Below, in pieces: positions 8,089-16,292 of a DNA stretch of 26,802 nucleotides. How positions within the stretch are numbered: position 1 is the stretch's first letter; each line of letters begins with the position of its first letter. The stretch spans positions 1 through 26,802 of IMG/VR virus record IMGVR_UViG_3300030397_000389; one strand, 5' to 3'. The stretch comes from a virus (Duplodnaviria; Caudoviricetes). The notes under the pieces were generated by a model, which made no database searches, was not told the DNA's origin, and was given only the letters and a program-made list of their open reading frames with translations. The position numbers were made by a program, and so were the translations under genes.

Positions 8089-8799
8089 TCAAGGTCTTGC
8101 GGTATCGGGATTGCGATCTCTGTAATCTGGCCAATTGCAGTACAGCCGCTCGCAATCCTCTCGCAGCCGACTGATTGTTTGCTCACCGAACAACTCCCTA
8201 GCACGGTCCAACGCGCTTGCACCCGAACAAATAGGTATGTTGCAGGTCACCCATGTGCCGCGCCCTTTTGTGTAGCGTGAATTTACGATCCGAAACAAAC
8301 ACTTCCTGTTCGCCTCGGTCGTTGCTTCGAGAACTGGGTCACTCAGACACACGATGTCAGGACTGTACAACTGATGCTCCCACCCTCCGTTGTCGCGCAC
8401 GTCTTGATACAACCGCTGCGTGTCCACCCATCGGCACGACATGCCTAAGTTCGCAGCATGCTTCAACAGCGCAATGACAACGTGATCCTTTCCTGTTCCA
8501 GGCGGTCCGTACAGAAACAGACTGCGACCCCTTTTCGCAAACTGGACTATGTCGCGACCAATTTCAATCAACTTGGACATGACGTCATTCTGACGCGTGT
8601 CGTAAATCTCAAAGTTTCGGATCGTGGCCCCTTTGTGACGTTCGCCAATATCAATTTTCAGCTGACGGATACAGCGGTCTCGCTTTTCCGCAGCCTCCCG
8701 ATCCCTCTCCCTAGCCGCTATCACCTCATCATCTTCTAGCTCGTAGTCGTTTAGGCGAGCGATGACTTCAGCCAGGCGATCTGAAATCAAGCTGCTCAT
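8089..8799 (-). CDS. DnaC/IstB-like ATPase (helicase loader)
   Basis: LFLYGPPGTGKDH Walker A, IVNSRY, TCN, SRLRE; ATGA coupling to the upstream replication gene. Confidence 0.88.
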   Translation of the reverse strand: MSSLISDRLAEVIARLNDYELEDDEVIAARERDREAAEKRDRCIRQLKIDIGERHKGATIRNFEIYDTRQNDVMSKLIEIGRDIVQFAKRGRSLFLYGPPGTGKDHVVIALLKHAANLGMSCRWVDTQRLYQDVRDNGGWEHQLYSPDIVCLSDPVLEATTEANRKCLFRIVNSRYTKGRGTWVTCNIPICSGASALDRARELFGEQTISRLREDCERLYCNWPDYRDRNPDTARP

Positions 8800-9791
8800 A
8801 TGTCTGCCTCCGCGTCCGTGAGGTGCATGGATCTTTTGGGCTGCGTTTTGTCTGTGGGATGGAACACTCCCTGCCACCCATTGGTGATAGAGTTTTCAAT
8901 GGCTTCCACGGCCACAGCTGGCCCCCATTTTTCCATCTTCGTAAACAGTCGGCTGATGCTAATCGTCGTCAGCTTTTTGCCTGATTGAGACCGAAATATC
9001 ACGAAGTCTTGCCATGCATTCACAAACCCTTCATCGCTTGCTAAGGACTTCGGCATCTTTGCATCTGGCTCGATTACCCCTGCGCCACCGCAACGAACAC
9101 AATTGACGACATCGTGCGAAGACCCCTTTTTTCCCGTCTTCCCGTTGCTCAGCTTGGCTGGCTTCGGGCCACCAATCGCCTCCTTGATCGATGCCGCTTC
9201 CCCAGACTTGACCGAGGCCACAATCTGCTGCTGGCTCTTCTTGTCGTACTCGGCCAGCTGCTGAACCTCGCTCTTGGTGGCTTTCAGGTCGCCAGACTGT
9301 ATCGCGTCCTTAATCGGCTTGGCGAGGCTGTCAACGGACTCGGCATATTGCCCGTCGCGTTTTACGGTTGCGGGTGATACTCTCGTTGCATCTGCCACTT
9401 GCTGTGCCGTGGTGCCCTCAGAAATTGGCTCATTTTGAGCCAATTTTTTGGGCCTTCCCGCAGCGTGCTGTTTCCGGCCGTTGTACAGCTTGCCTCTCAG
9501 ATAGGACGCTGCCTGTGGGCTCAGATTCCGCCTCCCCAGTTGGTGGTTGATAATCCAGTTCTTGGCCTCATTCGCGTCGGCGAACGTGCGGCAGACCGTG
9601 TCGTACTTGAGCTTGTGCTTCGTGGCGATCTTGAAGCGGTTGTGACCGTCGATTATCTGGTCTCGCCAGGTAACGATGTCGTCGAGCACACGACCGTCTT
9701 CGATGATGTTTGCCGCCAGCCGCTCGAACTCCTCGCTGGACAGCGGCGGACAGAGGGCCTCAAATTCAGGGTTGATTTGTAATTTTGCCAC
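8796..9791 (-). CDS. ParB-N domain/HTH protein fused to a phage replication-initiator-like C-terminus
   Basis: IIDGHNR, NHQLGRRNL, HTH (AQQVADATRVSPATVKRD), C-terminal WQDFVIFR...NSITNGWQGVF; precedes the DnaC-like gene. Confidence 0.75.
   Translation of the reverse strand: MAKLQINPEFEALCPPLSSEEFERLAANIIEDGRVLDDIVTWRDQIIDGHNRFKIATKHKLKYDTVCRTFADANEAKNWIINHQLGRRNLSPQAASYLRGKLYNGRKQHAAGRPKKLAQNEPISEGTTAQQVADATRVSPATVKRDGQYAESVDSLAKPIKDAIQSGDLKATKSEVQQLAEYDKKSQQQIVASVKSGEAASIKEAIGGPKPAKLSNGKTGKKGSSHDVVNCVRCGGAGVIEPDAKMPKSLASDEGFVNAWQDFVIFRSQSGKKLTTISISRLFTKMEKWGPAVAVEAIENSITNGWQGVFHPTDKTQPKRSMHLTDAEADI
9422..9446. repeat. Perfect 11-bp inverted repeat inside the ParB/replication gene
   Basis: AAATTGGCTCA-TTT-TGAGCCAATTT. 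Confidence 0.85.
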
Positions 9792-9798
9792 GGTTACG

Positions 9799-10209
9799 TC
9801 ACCTGACCTTGTAGTCCTTGTCGGTGTACGCGTGGTCCCGACCCATCCAGTTGTGCACGCTCATCGGCAGCGCGGTTCCAACTGGTGGCAGAATCCGGAC
9901 GCATAAAACGTTTCGCTTTCCAAAGCACTCCTTCAGGTATCGCTTGCTGACCGTGACCTTTTGGCCTTTCCACTTGTCGCGGTCGTTGCCAAACAGGGCG
10001 ACCATCACCCGGTAGTTGGTTCGGTTCAGAATCAGGCGCTTCGTAGCCTTCTCGAACCTGAGCATTGCCTCTGTGATCAGCTTCTTTGACTTGTCTTTCT
10101 CCGTTCCTCCGCGAATGACCTCTGCCACAACAAGCGAATACGGCTTGTCTAAGTCGAGCGCTTCGAGGTAATCACCCTCGTACTTCGGTTCAAGATCGGG
10201 TTTGGTCAT
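9799..10209 (-). CDS. Putative ssDNA-binding/recombination protein
   Basis: YLEALDL...LILNRTN...FGND..KWKGQKVTV pattern; sits between exonuclease and replication genes. Confidence 0.55.
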   Translation of the reverse strand: MTKPDLEPKYEGDYLEALDLDKPYSLVVAEVIRGGTEKDKSKKLITEAMLRFEKATKRLILNRTNYRVMVALFGNDRDKWKGQKVTVSKRYLKECFGKRNVLCVRILPPVGTALPMSVHNWMGRDHAYTDKDYKVR

Positions 10210-11036
10210 CCCTGGAACTCCAGCACGTCTTCGTCATCCATGGCGTAGTTCGGAATCACGAGTTCGCATTCCGCACCGACTCCGGGCCAAGAGTCCTCCT
10301 CAATGCACTCACGGACGCACTGCAGAATCTTCTCCGCTCGGGGCCAGGCGTTCTCAAGAACCGGCTCCCGAATCGGGAACACGGTGACGTCATAGTCATC
10401 CTTGGTTTCCACGGCGATGACCTTGACCTCTGGGATGTCTGCGCCCGTCAACTTCTCGACCCAACGCTTGTAGCAGGACATCTTCTCGGCATAGTGCAGA
10501 CGAGCGAAGATGCGGCCGAACGCGTGCGGCTCAACGTTCGTCGTCGTTTTCAGGTCAAGCAACAGTTTCCCGACCTGCAGCCCGTCCACCCTGCCTCTGC
10601 ACTGCATGCCAAAGTCTTCAAGGAACAGCGAGACCTCATGCTGTGTTGCCTCGATCAACTCCATTGCCTCGGGGGAATTGCGAACGGCATCCGCTGTCCG
10701 GCGGGCTTGGTCGTACGCGTCAGGGCTAACAGCCTCCTTTCCCTCGTTCTTCCACTTCCACAGCTGGTACTTTTTGCTGTCCTCACGCCGCTGTCCGTTG
10801 AAGATCGCGTAACGGCCGTAGAACGTGTCAGGCTCGAAGATCAGCAAGTGAGTGATTGAGCCAACCAGCAATCCCCGGTCCGGCTTGTCATCGCCGCCGT
10901 AGTTCTTGAACGACTTCATCGACTTAATGCCTTTGACTATGCGGCTCGGATTGATCCCAGGCGCCCGCTTGTAGTCTTCCCACGACATCGAAGCGTCGAT
11001 GTGGTTCTTGAACGGTGGTGAGGTAATAAATTCCAT
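10206..11036 (-). CDS. PD-(D/E)XK exonuclease, RecE/exonuclease VIII-like
   Basis: GSITHLLIFEP, CRGRVDGL, LLDLKTT motifs. Confidence 0.85.
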   Translation of the reverse strand: MEFITSPPFKNHIDASMSWEDYKRAPGINPSRIVKGIKSMKSFKNYGGDDKPDRGLLVGSITHLLIFEPDTFYGRYAIFNGQRREDSKKYQLWKWKNEGKEAVSPDAYDQARRTADAVRNSPEAMELIEATQHEVSLFLEDFGMQCRGRVDGLQVGKLLLDLKTTTNVEPHAFGRIFARLHYAEKMSCYKRWVEKLTGADIPEVKVIAVETKDDYDVTVFPIREPVLENAWPRAEKILQCVRECIEEDSWPGVGAECELVIPNYAMDDEDVLEFQG

Positions 11037-12520
11037 CAGAGTTTGACTACGCTCAGATCTCCGTCAGTCACTTGGGCACCGAACAGATACAGCCCGTTCT
11101 CGTTGGCGTACGCGGCTAGTTGCTCGCGGTCCGTCGGTGGCAGGTCCTGGTAGGTCCGCTGCGGAATAGCGAACAGTCCAGGCGACTTGACCAGTGGCAG
11201 CAGTTCGTCGATCGAGGCCCGAACACGCTCGCCATCGCTCAGGCCGTCCACCTGGTCGAACAGCGTCTTGCCGCGGTCCGGGTGGTCAACCACGAGGCGA
11301 GGCGATCCGGCTACCTGCTCGATGCGAATGACAGAGGTCCTGAGCTTCTCAGTCAGAATGCCGAATACCTCAGAGGCCGCGCCTCGCAGGTCGGAAGCCT
11401 GCGCGTCCGCATCGACCGCGGCCGCCTTGTGCGACTGTGCCTGTGCGGCTGCCTTCTTTGCGTCACGGATGCGAACACCAGCCTCATGGGAATCGCGGGC
11501 TTTCTGCTTTGCGACTTTGGCTGCTTCGATCTTCTCTTGGGGGACAGGCTCGACGGGATCGCCGATGGAGTCCTTCCAACGCTGAATGTCTGCGGCATGC
11601 TGTTCCGCGGCGGCCAGAACGGCGACCGTCTCGTTGTATTCACCTTGCTTTGCGGCTAACGATTCCTTCGCCCTTTGCAGTTGCAGCTCCAGCTGCTGCT
11701 TAAGTTCGAGCGCCTCGTTCAGCTCTTGCTGCTTAGCGTCGCGCACAGCCTGCGCTTCAGTGACTGGCGGGCCGTCGTACGACTCCTGTGCAATGTAAAG
11801 TCGTTCTTTTGCACGCTTCGTGTTCTCGATTGCTTCGAGCGCGGCTTTGGCCTGCTGCTCCAAAGCCGTCAGGTCGGCGCTGGCCTTGTCGACCGCGTCG
11901 GCTAGTGATTCTGGATCCGACTCGGCATTCAGATCCACGCCGGAAGCCTGTTCCTCAAGCGCCTTCGCATGACCGACCTCGGTCTTGGAATAGTCCTCTT
12001 TCTGTTTGGCAGCTTTGTCGAGTGCAGCCTTCACGCGAGAGGCGAACAAGACCGGGTCGTCAGTCTCAGCCACACCAAGCTCTTCAAACTCGGTCTGTCC
12101 ACCGACCAGGTCGTAATAGTCGGACGGCTCAAGCTTGAGGTTGATGAGCGACGCCAGCGCCTTGATTCTCACAGAGTCGCGCGTCTCGGGTGTCTTCCCA
12201 TCCGGATCAATCAGGTCGACGAGATCAAACTTCTCGGTGTCCAACGTGTCAACGCTGCATTCCCCGCGAGACTTCTTGCGTGAACCAACCGGGGCGACAA
12301 CACCGAACCCTTCGACGCTCCCTGACAGTTCACCATCGTGAACCGTCAACGCAACCTTGTGGCCACTGATGAGAGACAGGGCGCTAAGGGCAGTTGTCTT
12401 TCCGCGCCCCTTTGAACCACGAAGTTCATACAGGCCCGGACCATCGAGGTGAATCTTGAATTCGCCATTGATGGGACCCACGTTTTCGAGTTTCACTTCC
12501 GTCATTTCCGCTGTCGCCAT
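11036..12520 (-). CDS. Rad50/SbcC-like ABC ATPase with coiled coil
   Basis: LENVGPI, GSKGRGKTT Walker A, long Ala/Glu/Gln coiled coil, LSDGER signature; AAGGA RBS. Confidence 0.85.
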   Translation of the reverse strand: MATAEMTEVKLENVGPINGEFKIHLDGPGLYELRGSKGRGKTTALSALSLISGHKVALTVHDGELSGSVEGFGVVAPVGSRKKSRGECSVDTLDTEKFDLVDLIDPDGKTPETRDSVRIKALASLINLKLEPSDYYDLVGGQTEFEELGVAETDDPVLFASRVKAALDKAAKQKEDYSKTEVGHAKALEEQASGVDLNAESDPESLADAVDKASADLTALEQQAKAALEAIENTKRAKERLYIAQESYDGPPVTEAQAVRDAKQQELNEALELKQQLELQLQRAKESLAAKQGEYNETVAVLAAAEQHAADIQRWKDSIGDPVEPVPQEKIEAAKVAKQKARDSHEAGVRIRDAKKAAAQAQSHKAAAVDADAQASDLRGAASEVFGILTEKLRTSVIRIEQVAGSPRLVVDHPDRGKTLFDQVDGLSDGERVRASIDELLPLVKSPGLFAIPQRTYQDLPPTDREQLAAYANENGLYLFGAQVTDGDLSVVKL

Positions 12521-12542
12521 GTCGTTCCTTTCGTACGTCTCG

Positions 12543-12725
12543 TTATCCACAGATCCTCCGGAAACAATCCGGGCACAGCTTCCGCTCCTGGCGCCCATGA
12601 ACAACGTTGTTCAAATCCTTCCAGTACCAAATCCGCTGGCAGTGATCGCAACGATGGCAGTTCTCGTACCGCTCGCCCCCCGCGTAGGTGCAGGGAGCTG
12701 TATTCCTGAGATCAGCGAACCGCAT
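12543..12725 (-). CDS. Small Zn-finger hypothetical protein
   Basis: GGAGG RBS; CDHC and CPDC motifs. Confidence 0.5.
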   Translation of the reverse strand: MRFADLRNTAPCTYAGGERYENCHRCDHCQRIWYWKDLNNVVHGRQERKLCPDCFRRICG

Positions 12726-12808
12726 CAGTCCCTCCACTCCCGCTCACCCCTCACCGCAACCCAGGCGATGACCACGAGTCCGACGGCGAATAGGGTGAGG
12801 ATTGTCAT
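12725..12808 (-). CDS. 27-aa membrane peptide
   Basis: MTILTLFAVGLVVIAWVAVRGEREWRD; TGATG coupling to the next gene. Confidence 0.4.
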   Translation of the reverse strand: MTILTLFAVGLVVIAWVAVRGEREWRD

Positions 12809-12817
12809 GGTTCAAGA

Positions 12818-12895
12818 ACGCGAGGCTGCACCGACATGGAATGCCCCGTACACGTAGGCATGGAGACGGTGCGGAGCGACAAGCTCACCTCGCGC
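12818..12895 (-). other. Multi-stem structured intergenic element
   Basis: Nested pairings GCGAGG/CCTCGC, GAGC/GCTC, GCACCG/CGGTGC, ATGCC/GGCAT. Confidence 0.5.
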
Positions 12896-12910
12896 GCAAC
12901 TGGGTTTCCC

Positions 12911-13003
12911 AAAAAACCACCCGGCCTTAACCCTCCTAAAATCCGTTGTGCGGCCGGGTGCAGATCCTTACCTGCGGACGTCCTGTCCGGCGTCCTGCTC
13001 CTA
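12911..13003 (-). promoter_or_regulatory. GGA-hairpin array (CsrA-site-like) fused to an intrinsic terminator
   Basis: 7 GGA in about 70 nt incl. 2x CAGGACG, AAGGAU, ACGGAU; hairpins CGGAC-AGGAC-GUCCG and GCAGG-UAAGGA-UCUGC; stem CACCCGGCC/GGCCGGGUG plus U6. Confidence 0.7.
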
Positions 13004-13471
13004 GTTCTCAGAAGAATCGTGTTTCGGATTGACGAGTCGCTGGACACAGTCGTCCCAGGTCGGAAAGAACCGAACACGATCGAGCCAGCAAAAAATGTTC
13101 TCGCGATAACCGACGATCCAGACTCGGCGAGAAAGTCCAAGTGCCATACCAAGCTCAACGTGTCGTCCGCCGCGGCTGGCCGATGATCGTGGGGGCTCCG
13201 TGAAGGCAATCAAAAGGTCGCACCTGTGAACGTCCCTTAAGTCCTCCATGGCAAACTGTTGCCGAAGTGCCGCCGCCTGCTCAGACGATGAGCCGTCGTC
13301 CCCCTCAACCAGCTGTTCACCCTGGTCGCCAATCGGCTGGCCGCTGTCGCTGATTTGATGCGATCCGTTCAGCCAGCGACTTGTTACCTCGTGACCAAGT
13401 GATTGGATTTGCTCGCGGTAGGCGCACAGTTCCTCGCGGCGGCTGTATCGCGATGCCAAGTAAATCTTCAT
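13001..13471 (-). CDS. Nucleoside 2-deoxyribosyltransferase-like protein
   Basis: KIYLASRY, VTSRW, EDLRDVHRCDLLIAF, GGRHVELGMA, ENIF motifs. Confidence 0.8.
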   Translation of the reverse strand: MKIYLASRYSRREELCAYREQIQSLGHEVTSRWLNGSHQISDSGQPIGDQGEQLVEGDDGSSSEQAAALRQQFAMEDLRDVHRCDLLIAFTEPPRSSASRGGRHVELGMALGLSRRVWIVGYRENIFCWLDRVRFFPTWDDCVQRLVNPKHDSSEN

Positions 13472-13474
13472 TCC

Positions 13475-13659
13475 TTAATCCTCGTCAACAATCACGTTCG
13501 CGTACTCAACAAGCTCCGGGTACTTGTCGCACCACGGCTGCCTCAGAGCCAGTAATCGTCTGGCACGTCGCGAAGACACCGACCCTGGTAGCGGCCAAAC
13601 GTCATTCGGTCGAAGCCCCACACCGCAATTGCAAGTCCGATTAGTTCAGGTCCGCTCAT
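13475..13659 (-). pseudogene. Frameshifted small protein of the FGKYKG..LxDVPxxY (DUF3820-like) type
   Basis: MTFGRYQGRCLRDVPDDY then a shift near 13550 to ALRQPWCDKYPELVEYANVIVDED*, ending at the next RBS. Confidence 0.6.
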
Positions 13660-13660
13660 G

Positions 13661-13834
13661 TCAGGTACTCCGGTTAGCATGTCGGAATTCACGACGGAGG
13701 TAGGCATCTCGCCCAAGACGAGACCCAAGGTCGCACGCCTCGTTCATCGCTAGTGCAACGAACTCATCGGCCAACGCACGCGCCTCAATGAGGTTGGCAA
13801 CGTCGGTAGGTTCGATCTCGGGTCCAGATGACAT
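13661..13834 (-). CDS. 57-aa hypothetical protein
   Basis: GGAG RBS; MSSGPEIEPTDVANLIEARALADEFVALAMNEAC... Confidence 0.55.
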   Translation of the reverse strand: MSSGPEIEPTDVANLIEARALADEFVALAMNEACDLGSRLGRDAYLRREFRHANRST

Positions 13835-13860
13835 GTGCTACTCCGTCAGCAACTTTCGAG

Positions 13861-14097
13861 TCAGTCGGCTCGCCGGTAACTTCGAGGCGGGTCCTCATTG
13901 CCAGTCGCCACGATCCAGGCAATGACCTCTTTTCCGAGGTAGTAAACACGTCGGCCGCGGAACAACGGCTTGACAATGCCGGAATCGCACGCGTCACGAA
14001 TTGACTGGGGACCGAGCGCGGCGCAACGCCAAAGGCCCTCTTTCGTGTACACCTCGTCGGGTGATATCACGCCGATTAACTTGCCGGATGCAGCCAT
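13861..14097 (-). CDS. Excisionase-like winged-HTH protein
   Basis: EVYTKEGL...LGPQSIRDA...GRRVYYLGKEVIAWI pattern; second gene of the early operon, divergent from the integrase. Confidence 0.65.
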   Translation of the reverse strand: MAASGKLIGVISPDEVYTKEGLWRCAALGPQSIRDACDSGIVKPLFRGRRVYYLGKEVIAWIVATGNEDPPRSYRRAD

Positions 14098-14108
14098 GGT
14101 TGTGCGCC

Positions 14109-14474
14109 TTACTGCGTGGAATCAGAGAGCTGTCTGACGAACGCATTGGCTGGCTTTCGTCCCGCACGCTTTGTGTGCAGAAGCATTCCATCGCGGATCA
14201 GGTCCTCTTCGGAATACTTCCCCGAAGCGACCGCGGCAGAAGCAGCCTTGCGGCAATTCCAGCACAACCCCCTCGCAACCGCCGGCTTCTCGCAGTCGTC
14301 AATAATGCAGATGCCCGCGTCAATCGACGGTTGAATTTTGTCTCGCACTTTCTTGGGAACTTTGACGTTCACAACGACCTCGCGAATGAGTACTTGCCGG
14401 CTGACAATCAGCATTCTGTTGAGCCTCCAGAGGGTGAAAGTGCTGCCTCCGTGCTCAACCCGTTTCCATGACAT
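14109..14474 (-). CDS. Zn-finger protein in the Cro position (alternative start GTG near 14372 with GAGGT RBS)
   Basis: CIIDDCEKPAVARGLCWNC...SGKYSEEDLI...GRK; first gene of the leftward operon. Confidence 0.8.
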   Translation of the reverse strand: MSWKRVEHGGSTFTLWRLNRMLIVSRQVLIREVVVNVKVPKKVRDKIQPSIDAGICIIDDCEKPAVARGLCWNCRKAASAAVASGKYSEEDLIRDGMLLHTKRAGRKPANAFVRQLSDSTQ

Positions 14475-14479
14475 GCGGG

Positions 14480-14508
14480 ATGTTATGATGAGACTAATAT
14501 TTCGTCAA
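14480..14508 (-). promoter_or_regulatory. Leftward (lytic) sigma70-type promoter
   Basis: TTGACG-17nt-TAACAT, 5 nt before ATG 14474. Confidence 0.7.
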
Positions 14509-14568
14509 TTGAAGATCAGGATCAAGATCTTAGTCAGGTGTCGTAAGTCAGGTGGCAGTCGTGACTTA

Positions 14569-14596
14569 TTGACCGAAATATTTTTCTCGATATGTT
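14569..14596 (+). promoter_or_regulatory. Rightward (lysogenic) sigma70-type promoter, probably giving a leaderless mRNA
   Basis: TTGACC-16nt-TATGTT, 7 nt before ATG 14604, no SD. Confidence 0.65.
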
Positions 14597-14603
14597 TCTT
14601 GGT

Positions 14604-15197
14604 ATGGAAATCAAACCGGCGGACGTGAAGTCGTTGAAGGAGATCGCGGATGCGATGCGAGGCTTAGCCGCCAAATTGGATGCAATATTTGTCGCGACCC
14701 CAGCCCCTCCGTTAGCCAAAATTGATGACAGCGAAGTGGCAACGCGCGTTGCAGCAAATCTCTGCCTTACCTGCGAAAAGAAGCCAGTGTCGCGTGGTCT
14801 TTGTCACGCCTGCAGGAAGGAGGCGGCGAAGAAAGTAAATAGCGGTGATTACAGTGAAGACGACCTAATCAGCGCAAACATGATGCTTCCGGCACAACGC
14901 CCTGGCCGCAAGTCCGAAAGCGGTTTCGCCAGGCGACTTCCGACAGCGACAGAACTTGCTGACGTACTTATGAATCCGGTCGAGGTGATCGTCAAAGACG
15001 GTGACGGCAACGTAACGCAGCACCTCAAGAACGGCGAAGACATGCTCTCTCGCCAGCAAAACAAACCCGACGACGCCTTCATTGCCGAACGTGACGCTCT
15101 AGTCGCAGAAGCCGAGCAAGCCGAAAAGGAAATGGAGCGAGATCGCGAAAGGAAGCCGCGTCGCAAGAAGGCGAAAAAGACAGCACGCAAGACCTGA
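14604..15197 (+). CDS. Zn-finger protein in the CI/repressor position (ORF open from 14592)
   Basis: CLTCEKKPVSRGLCHAC...SGDYSEDDLI...GRK; directly upstream of the integrase. Confidence 0.8.
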   Translation: MEIKPADVKSLKEIADAMRGLAAKLDAIFVATPAPPLAKIDDSEVATRVAANLCLTCEKKPVSRGLCHACRKEAAKKVNSGDYSEDDLISANMMLPAQRPGRKSESGFARRLPTATELADVLMNPVEVIVKDGDGNVTQHLKNGEDMLSRQQNKPDDAFIAERDALVAEAEQAEKEMERDRERKPRRKKAKKTARKT

Positions 15198-15203
15198 CCC
15201 GCC

Positions 15204-16286
15204 ATGCCTCGCGTTCTCGTCCGCCAGAAAGCCGACCGCAAGTTCCTGCAGCTGTACTATGTGGACCAGTTAACCGGCCTCGATGTCACGAAGTCGAGTC
15301 GCACGACTGACTGGGACGACGCCCAGCGTGCCGCGGCCAGATGGGAAGAGGAACTTGAGCAGACGGTTGCGTTCGAAGACGTGTCGTGGGAGCAGTTCCG
15401 ATACATTTTCGAATCCGAGCACATGGCCGGCAAATCGAAGGGTGCGCGCAAGACCATGTCGGCGGCGATGAATCACCTGGAAGAGGCGATTGGCTGCGCG
15501 CGCCGAGCCGCGGACATCAATTCGGCCGACATCAGCCGAATGCAGGCGGCTTGGCGTCGAGGCGGCATGAACCCGCAAACACTTGCCAGCTACCTGGGAA
15601 ACCTTCGTGCGGCGTTCAACTGGGGAAAGCGGATCGGATACCTTCGAAGGGCGCCTGAGTTCCTGCTGCCAAAGCGACCGGCCCGGCACATGCGGGGACG
15701 ACCGCTCACGGAGGCCGAATTCAAGCGATTCATGGCGACTATTGACGATTTGTACCCCGACGTTGCCCAGGGCTGGAAGCAGCTCGCCAAGGGGATCTGG
15801 CTGGGTGGCATGCGGCTGTCAGAGGCGATTGCCCTCGACTGGACGCAACCGCCGATTCGTGTCGACCTGGAAGGAGGGCGGCACCCCCGGCTGCGATTCC
15901 GAGCCGAGGGGCACAAATCCCGGCGTGACGCACTTTGCCCGATCACGCCCGAGTTCGCCAAGTTCCTTCGAAGGTGGAAGAAGACCGACCGCCAGGGCCC
16001 GGTGTTTCCTCTGCTGTCGCCGAAGAGCGGTCGGCCGCTGCGTGCGGAATCTCGCGTTAGCGAGGCACTAAGCGGCGTCGGCAAAGCGGCTGACATTATC
16101 GTCAACGAGGAGACCGGTAAGTACGCCAGTGCTCATGACCTTCGAAGGAGCTTCGGGACTCGCTGGGCGATGAAGGTCAAGCCGATCACACTTAAGGCCC
16201 TGATGCGGCACAAGTCGATCGAGACGACGCTGAAATACTACGTCGACCAAGATGCGGATGACGTGGCGGATGAATTGTGGAGCTGA
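15204..16286 (+). CDS. int: Tyrosine integrase
   Basis: GMRLSEA (R), HKS (K), HDLRRSF (HxxR), MRHKS (H), YYV (Y); N-terminal arm-binding-like segment. Confidence 0.96.
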   Translation: MPRVLVRQKADRKFLQLYYVDQLTGLDVTKSSRTTDWDDAQRAAARWEEELEQTVAFEDVSWEQFRYIFESEHMAGKSKGARKTMSAAMNHLEEAIGCARRAADINSADISRMQAAWRRGGMNPQTLASYLGNLRAAFNWGKRIGYLRRAPEFLLPKRPARHMRGRPLTEAEFKRFMATIDDLYPDVAQGWKQLAKGIWLGGMRLSEAIALDWTQPPIRVDLEGGRHPRLRFRAEGHKSRRDALCPITPEFAKFLRRWKKTDRQGPVFPLLSPKSGRPLRAESRVSEALSGVGKAADIIVNEETGKYASAHDLRRSFGTRWAMKVKPITLKALMRHKSIETTLKYYVDQDADDVADELWS

Positions 16287-16292
16287 CCTGGA

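Noticed and set aside
13543-13545. Second possible Sec codon (PDDYWL-TGA)
   Set aside because: No Cys-type context, and the sensible continuation is in another frame ending at the next RBS; a frameshift lesion fits better
49-14471. Numerous plus-strand ORFs opposite the leftward operons (and likewise 19044-26800)
   Set aside because: Antisense shadows of GC-rich coding sequence with no motifs or RBS
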